Assembly: GCA_043780595.1 (NCBI GenBank)
Contig: JAYWCL010000143.1
Coordinates: 333-64,332 of the forward strand
DNA from: Limnoglobus sp.
GTDB taxonomy: Bacteria; Planctomycetota; Planctomycetia; Gemmatales; Gemmataceae
Direction: 5' to 3'
Length of the DNA: 64,000 nucleotides
Made by a program: the position numbers and the translations under genes. The notes under the pieces were generated by a model. The model did no database searches. It saw nothing but the letters and a program-made list of their open reading frames with translations, and had not been told where the DNA came from. Positions 60,300 to 64,000 of this stretch are shown here, one piece after another; within the stretch, counting starts at the first letter, position 1; each line of letters opens with the position of its first letter.

Positions 60300-60371
60300 C
60301 CTCCCGTAGCTCAGTGGCAGAGCGCCGGCCTTATAAGCCGTCGGTCGCGGGTTCAAATCCCGCCGGGAGGA
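60300..60371 (+). tRNA. tRNA-Ile with UAU anticodon (CCA not encoded)
   Basis: CCUCCCG/CGGGAGG acceptor stem, GCUC/GAGC D stem, anticodon loop CU-UAU-AA (TAT at 60332-60334), GCGGG-UUCAAAU-CCCGC T arm, A73. Confidence 0.88.
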
Positions 60372-60380
60372 CTCACCTAT

Positions 60381-60405
60381 TCCCTCGCTCGCCTTTCGCG
60401 CTAAC
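60381..60405 (-). repeat. REP-like family C: degenerate solo arm just after the tRNA
   Basis: TCCCTCGCTCGCCTTTCGCGCTAAC matches the reverse complement of 20980-21004 at 20 of 25 positions. Confidence 0.5.
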
Positions 60406-60449
60406 AAATCGCACTCATCACATACAATTCGCGGGAAGGAGATTCCGCC

Positions 60450-61187
60450 ATGCCTGCGCGACCGATTATCGGTATCCCGATGCAGACGCAAAGCTCATCC
60501 GATGCGTTTTGGGTGATGCGGAAGCCGTACATCGACGCGCTCCGGAATGCGGGTGCGATCCCGTGGATTATCCCGCTACTTGCCGATGATCCCGAGACAC
60601 TTCGCGAGATTTTCGACCGGCTCGATGGCCTGTTCCTGGCGGGCGGTGCGGATGTCAGCCCGACGCGGTACGGCGAAGCGGCGAAGCCGTACCTCGGTGC
60701 GACCGACCCCGAGCGCGATGCGGTTGAGACGGCGCTCGTCCGGATGTCGCTCGATGCGCGGCTGCCGATCTTTGCGGTCTGCCGGGGGCTGCAATTGCTG
60801 AACGTGGCGTGTGGCGGGTCGTTGCATCAGGACATTCGCGCGGAAGTGCCTGCGGCGATCAAACACGATTATTTCGCGGCCGATTTGCACATCCGCACGG
60901 CGTGCGTTCACGACATTGCGGTGAAGGCGGGTACGCGAATTGCCGACATTTTTGGCTCCGCTTCGCTATCCGTAAACAGTATGCACCATCAGGCGATCAA
61001 GGAACTCGCGCCGAATCTGACTGCGTCGGCGTTCGCCCCCGATGGCATCATTGAGGCGGTCGAAGCCAAGGCATCGTTCGCAATCGGCGTGCAGTGGCAC
61101 CCGGAAGAACTCGCCGCGACCGACCCCGCAATGCGACGGTTGTTCGAGGCGTTCACCGCCGCCGCGACGGAAGGAATGGGGCCGTGA
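60450..61187 (+). CDS. Gamma-glutamyl-gamma-aminobutyrate hydrolase family (peptidase C26, PuuD-like)
   Basis: DGLFLAGGADV, AVCRGLQLLNV, VNSMHHQA, GVQWHPE. Confidence 0.9.
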   Translation: MPARPIIGIPMQTQSSSDAFWVMRKPYIDALRNAGAIPWIIPLLADDPETLREIFDRLDGLFLAGGADVSPTRYGEAAKPYLGATDPERDAVETALVRMSLDARLPIFAVCRGLQLLNVACGGSLHQDIRAEVPAAIKHDYFAADLHIRTACVHDIAVKAGTRIADIFGSASLSVNSMHHQAIKELAPNLTASAFAPDGIIEAVEAKASFAIGVQWHPEELAATDPAMRRLFEAFTAAATEGMGP

Positions 61188-62533
61188 TCGACGACGCGAT
61201 TGGGGCCTACCACGACATTATTTCCAGCGGACAGACCGCCGCGAACACGCACGACGCACTGATGGCCGCGCTCGCGAAGCGTAACCTGTACTTCGGCTCC
61301 CGCCCAATCTGTTCGGTGTTACGCCCGCGCTTTCTGACCGCGTTTCAAAGCGAATATCTCCAGTCGCGTACGTCGATCCTCTCGCGCGCGTTCCGCAAAA
61401 TGCACGACCGTGCGATGCGCGATCGCCCGTTCCTGAAGCAGTTCGGCGTCCACGACTGGGAAGAGGAACTCTTCGCGCACGAGCCCGGTTACGACTCGCC
61501 GAACCCGATCGCGCGGTTCGATGGGTTCTTTAGCCGCGAAGGGCGATTGCGGTTCGTCGAACTCAATTCGCAGTCCCCCGCCGGCGCGGGTTACACCGAT
61601 GCACTCGCCGCCGCGTTCGCCGAATTGCCTGCGTTTCAAGAGTTTCAGCAATCGTACACCGCGAGGCCGCTGCCGTGTTTGGGCGAACTGACGACTGCGC
61701 TTCTCGACTGTTACCGGCAGTGGAGCGGCACCGGCGAGCCGCCGCGGATCGCGATTGTCGACTGGGCGAACGTGCCAACGCAGGCCGAGTTCGTGCTGTT
61801 CGCGGAGGCATTGCAGTCGCAAGGTTTCGAGACGTGCATCGCCGACCCGCGCGAACTCGATTACTACAACGGCACGCTTCGCGCAAACGGGCGGCGGGTG
61901 AATCTGGTTTACCGGCGGATTTTGTTGCGCGACCTCATCGACGAATGCGGCTTGAACCACCCGCTCATTCGCGCCGTACGGGAGGGGGCGGCGTGTATGG
62001 TCAACCCGTTCCGCTGCAAAGTCCTCGGCAAGAAAGCCGCGTTCGCCGTCGCCACCGACGACCGCAATGCCGCGATGTTTACCGCCGAGGAACGCGAAGC
62101 GATCCGCGAGCATATCCCGTGGACGCGGATCGTCGCCGACCGGATTACGACGCACGACGGGCTTCACGTCGATCTACTGCCGTACATCGTCGACAACAAG
62201 GATCGCCTCGTTTTGAAGCCGAATAACGCGCACGGCGGCAAGCAGATCGTCCTCGGCTGGAACACCGATACTGCGACTTGGACGAAGTGTTTGAGCATCG
62301 CGCAAAGCGAAGGCCACGTCGTGCAAGAGCGCGTCGATGTGGCCACCGAACCGTATCCATCGTTCGATACGGGCCGGTTGAACATCCACGAACGCTGGGT
62401 CGATACGAACCCGTTCGTCGCGAATGGCCACGCCTACGGCGGCTGCCTGACGCGGCTCTCCACCGAGCCGCTCGTCAACGTCCTCACCGGTGGAGGAGTG
62501 GTGCCGACATTCGTCGTCGCGAAGCGGGTTTAG
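61184..62533 (+). CDS. Circularly permuted type 2 ATP-grasp protein (glutathionylspermidine synthase-like)
   Basis: GTGA overlap; RFDGF, FVELNSQSPAG, IAIVDW, KVLGKKA, LVLKPNNAHGGK, VVQE, GCLTR. Confidence 0.82.
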   Translation: MIDDAIGAYHDIISSGQTAANTHDALMAALAKRNLYFGSRPICSVLRPRFLTAFQSEYLQSRTSILSRAFRKMHDRAMRDRPFLKQFGVHDWEEELFAHEPGYDSPNPIARFDGFFSREGRLRFVELNSQSPAGAGYTDALAAAFAELPAFQEFQQSYTARPLPCLGELTTALLDCYRQWSGTGEPPRIAIVDWANVPTQAEFVLFAEALQSQGFETCIADPRELDYYNGTLRANGRRVNLVYRRILLRDLIDECGLNHPLIRAVREGAACMVNPFRCKVLGKKAAFAVATDDRNAAMFTAEEREAIREHIPWTRIVADRITTHDGLHVDLLPYIVDNKDRLVLKPNNAHGGKQIVLGWNTDTATWTKCLSIAQSEGHVVQERVDVATEPYPSFDTGRLNIHERWVDTNPFVANGHAYGGCLTRLSTEPLVNVLTGGGVVPTFVVAKRV

Positions 62534-62549
62534 TTGGCAACGTCTGCAC

Positions 62550-63692
62550 CTACTCGAAACTCACTGCCAGATTCGGCAACGATTTTCGCAACTCGTCGCC
62601 TACCGCTTTCGTCACTTTTGTTTTCAGGAAGGTGGCGCGTTTCAGCGTGGTCGTGCGGACGAGTTCCTTCGCGCCATCGTTGCTGATGAGTGCATTCTCG
62701 ATGTGAATTTCTTCGAGCTTCGGCAACGTCGAAACGATCTTCATCCCGGCATCGGTGATTTGCGTTTCGATGAGGGTCAGTTTCTTCAGCGCGGTCAGCG
62801 TTGCGACGCGGCGTAGCCCCGCGTCGTCGATGGCTTTACCGCCGAGCGTGAGGTCTTCGAGCGATGTCGGAAGCGCGTCGGCGGTCTTGCCGGTGATGTC
62901 GCATTTCGCCAACACCAGACGGCGCAACGTCTTCCTCGCACTTAGGGATTTGAGGCCGTCGTCGCTGATTGCGGTGCCCGTTAGGTCGAGGTCCGCGAGC
63001 TTCGGCAACGTCGCCAGCACTTTTAGGCCGTCGTCGTTCACGGGGCAAAACGCCAAATCGAGCGTGTCGAGTTCGGCGAGTGCGGACCAATTTAGCCCCG
63101 CGAGCGTGACCTTCGTTTCGGTCAAGCTCAATCGCCGTAGCGATGTCAGTCCCGCGAGTTCCTTCGCAATGGCATCATCGACTGGCGCACCGTGCAGCGT
63201 CAGTTTGTGGAGCGATTTCCGTTTCGATAATGCGGCGATTCCCGTTGCCGTCACGGGCGATCCATCGAGGATGAGTTCTTCGAGGTCGGCGAGTTTCGCC
63301 AGATACACGAACCCCGCATCGCTGAACTTCGCCCGACTCAGGTTGACGGCTTTCACCGTCGGCAGGTTGCTCAGTTGTGTCAAAAAGGCATCGGTATCTT
63401 GCGTATCTTCGAGGCCCAGGTAACGAAGTGTGGTTAATGCCGTCAGCTTGCTGGCATCGACGGCCTTCACCGATTTCCCTGCAAATACCACGCTGATAAT
63501 CGGCTCGCCTCGCGCGCTCGCATCTTGCACAGCCCGCCCGCCGACCGATTCGACGTACTTCACCGCCTCCGCCTCGGCCTTCGGGTCGCGAACCGCCGGT
63601 GCAGGCTTCTGCTCTGACTTCGGTTTCTCCGGCGACTGCGCAAACAGCACGCCACAACCGAGAACGATGAAGAGTGCGGTGGCTTGTTTCAT
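62550..63692 (-). CDS. Exported leucine-rich repeat protein
   Basis: Signal peptide; repeated LxxLxLxxTxITDxGL units. Confidence 0.88.
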   Translation of the reverse strand: MKQATALFIVLGCGVLFAQSPEKPKSEQKPAPAVRDPKAEAEAVKYVESVGGRAVQDASARGEPIISVVFAGKSVKAVDASKLTALTTLRYLGLEDTQDTDAFLTQLSNLPTVKAVNLSRAKFSDAGFVYLAKLADLEELILDGSPVTATGIAALSKRKSLHKLTLHGAPVDDAIAKELAGLTSLRRLSLTETKVTLAGLNWSALAELDTLDLAFCPVNDDGLKVLATLPKLADLDLTGTAISDDGLKSLSARKTLRRLVLAKCDITGKTADALPTSLEDLTLGGKAIDDAGLRRVATLTALKKLTLIETQITDAGMKIVSTLPKLEEIHIENALISNDGAKELVRTTTLKRATFLKTKVTKAVGDELRKSLPNLAVSFE

Positions 63693-64000
63693 TAATAATC
63701 CTGCCGTTTCAGACTTAGAATCAGTTCTTTCATCTGATTCGCCGATGCGTAACGGTCCGTTGGCTCTTTGGAAATCGACTTTAGCAAGAACGCGGCGAGG
63801 TCGTCGCCGACGGCGGGGTTCAAATCTTGCGGGTTGCGAGGCGGCGTATTCAATCGGCGGCGCAAATTCTCTTCGGACGATGGGCTACGTTCCCACGGCA
63901 ACGCGCCGGTGAAGACTTCGTACGCAGTCACGCCGAGCGCGAACAGATCGACGCGGTGATCGGTGCTTCGTCGCTTGATGATTTCCGGCGCGAGAATATC
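63692..64000 (-). CDS. Ser/Thr protein kinase C-lobe (partial, continues beyond the window)
   Basis: LAPE...RVDLFALGVTAYEVFTGALPW...KEPTDRY; its stop overlaps the LRR start. Confidence 0.8.
   Translation of the reverse strand, partial: DILAPEIIKRRSTDHRVDLFALGVTAYEVFTGALPWERSPSSEENLRRRLNTPPRNPQDLNPAVGDDLAAFLLKSISKEPTDRYASANQMKELILSLKRQDY

Noticed and set aside
60300-60450. Prophage or genomic island integrated at the tRNA
   Set aside because: No integrase and no duplicated tRNA 3' end elsewhere in the window.

Overview
GC-rich bacterial chromosome segment. The gene content points to a planctomycete, probably Gemmataceae (inference): PVC-type CxxCH heme protein, MoxR/DUF58/vWA cluster, Uma2 proteins, many Ser/Thr kinase, LRR and TPR proteins, and Flp pilins. 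The core is a ~27 kb run of 13 minus-strand genes (41670->14512): beta-propeller/TPR scaffold, exported prenyltransferase-fold protein, MoxR, DUF58, two vWA membrane proteins, two coiled-coil proteins, an exported helical protein, an NPCBM protein and three HtrA-like proteins. The strongest novel signal is in that exported helical protein (22222->21143). It is interrupted by one in-frame UGA, five residues before the protein's only Cys (U-x4-C). The UGA is followed by a SECIS-like hairpin with a GGUC loop, making it a candidate new periplasmic selenoprotein. Two of the three HtrA-like proteins lack catalytic triads. Other notable items: a tRNA-Ile with the rare UAU anticodon, three REP/REPIN-like repeat families, an arsR-aquaporin-arsC operon with a perfect inverted-repeat operator, tandem Flp pilins separated by two GNRA hairpins, an orphan radical SAM/SPASM enzyme, a C26 peptidase plus circularly permuted ATP-grasp pair, and an IS transposase remnant at the left edge. 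Housekeeping genes include gabD, dksA-like, lysA and ilvD. All calls come from motif reading only; no searches or folding programs were run.
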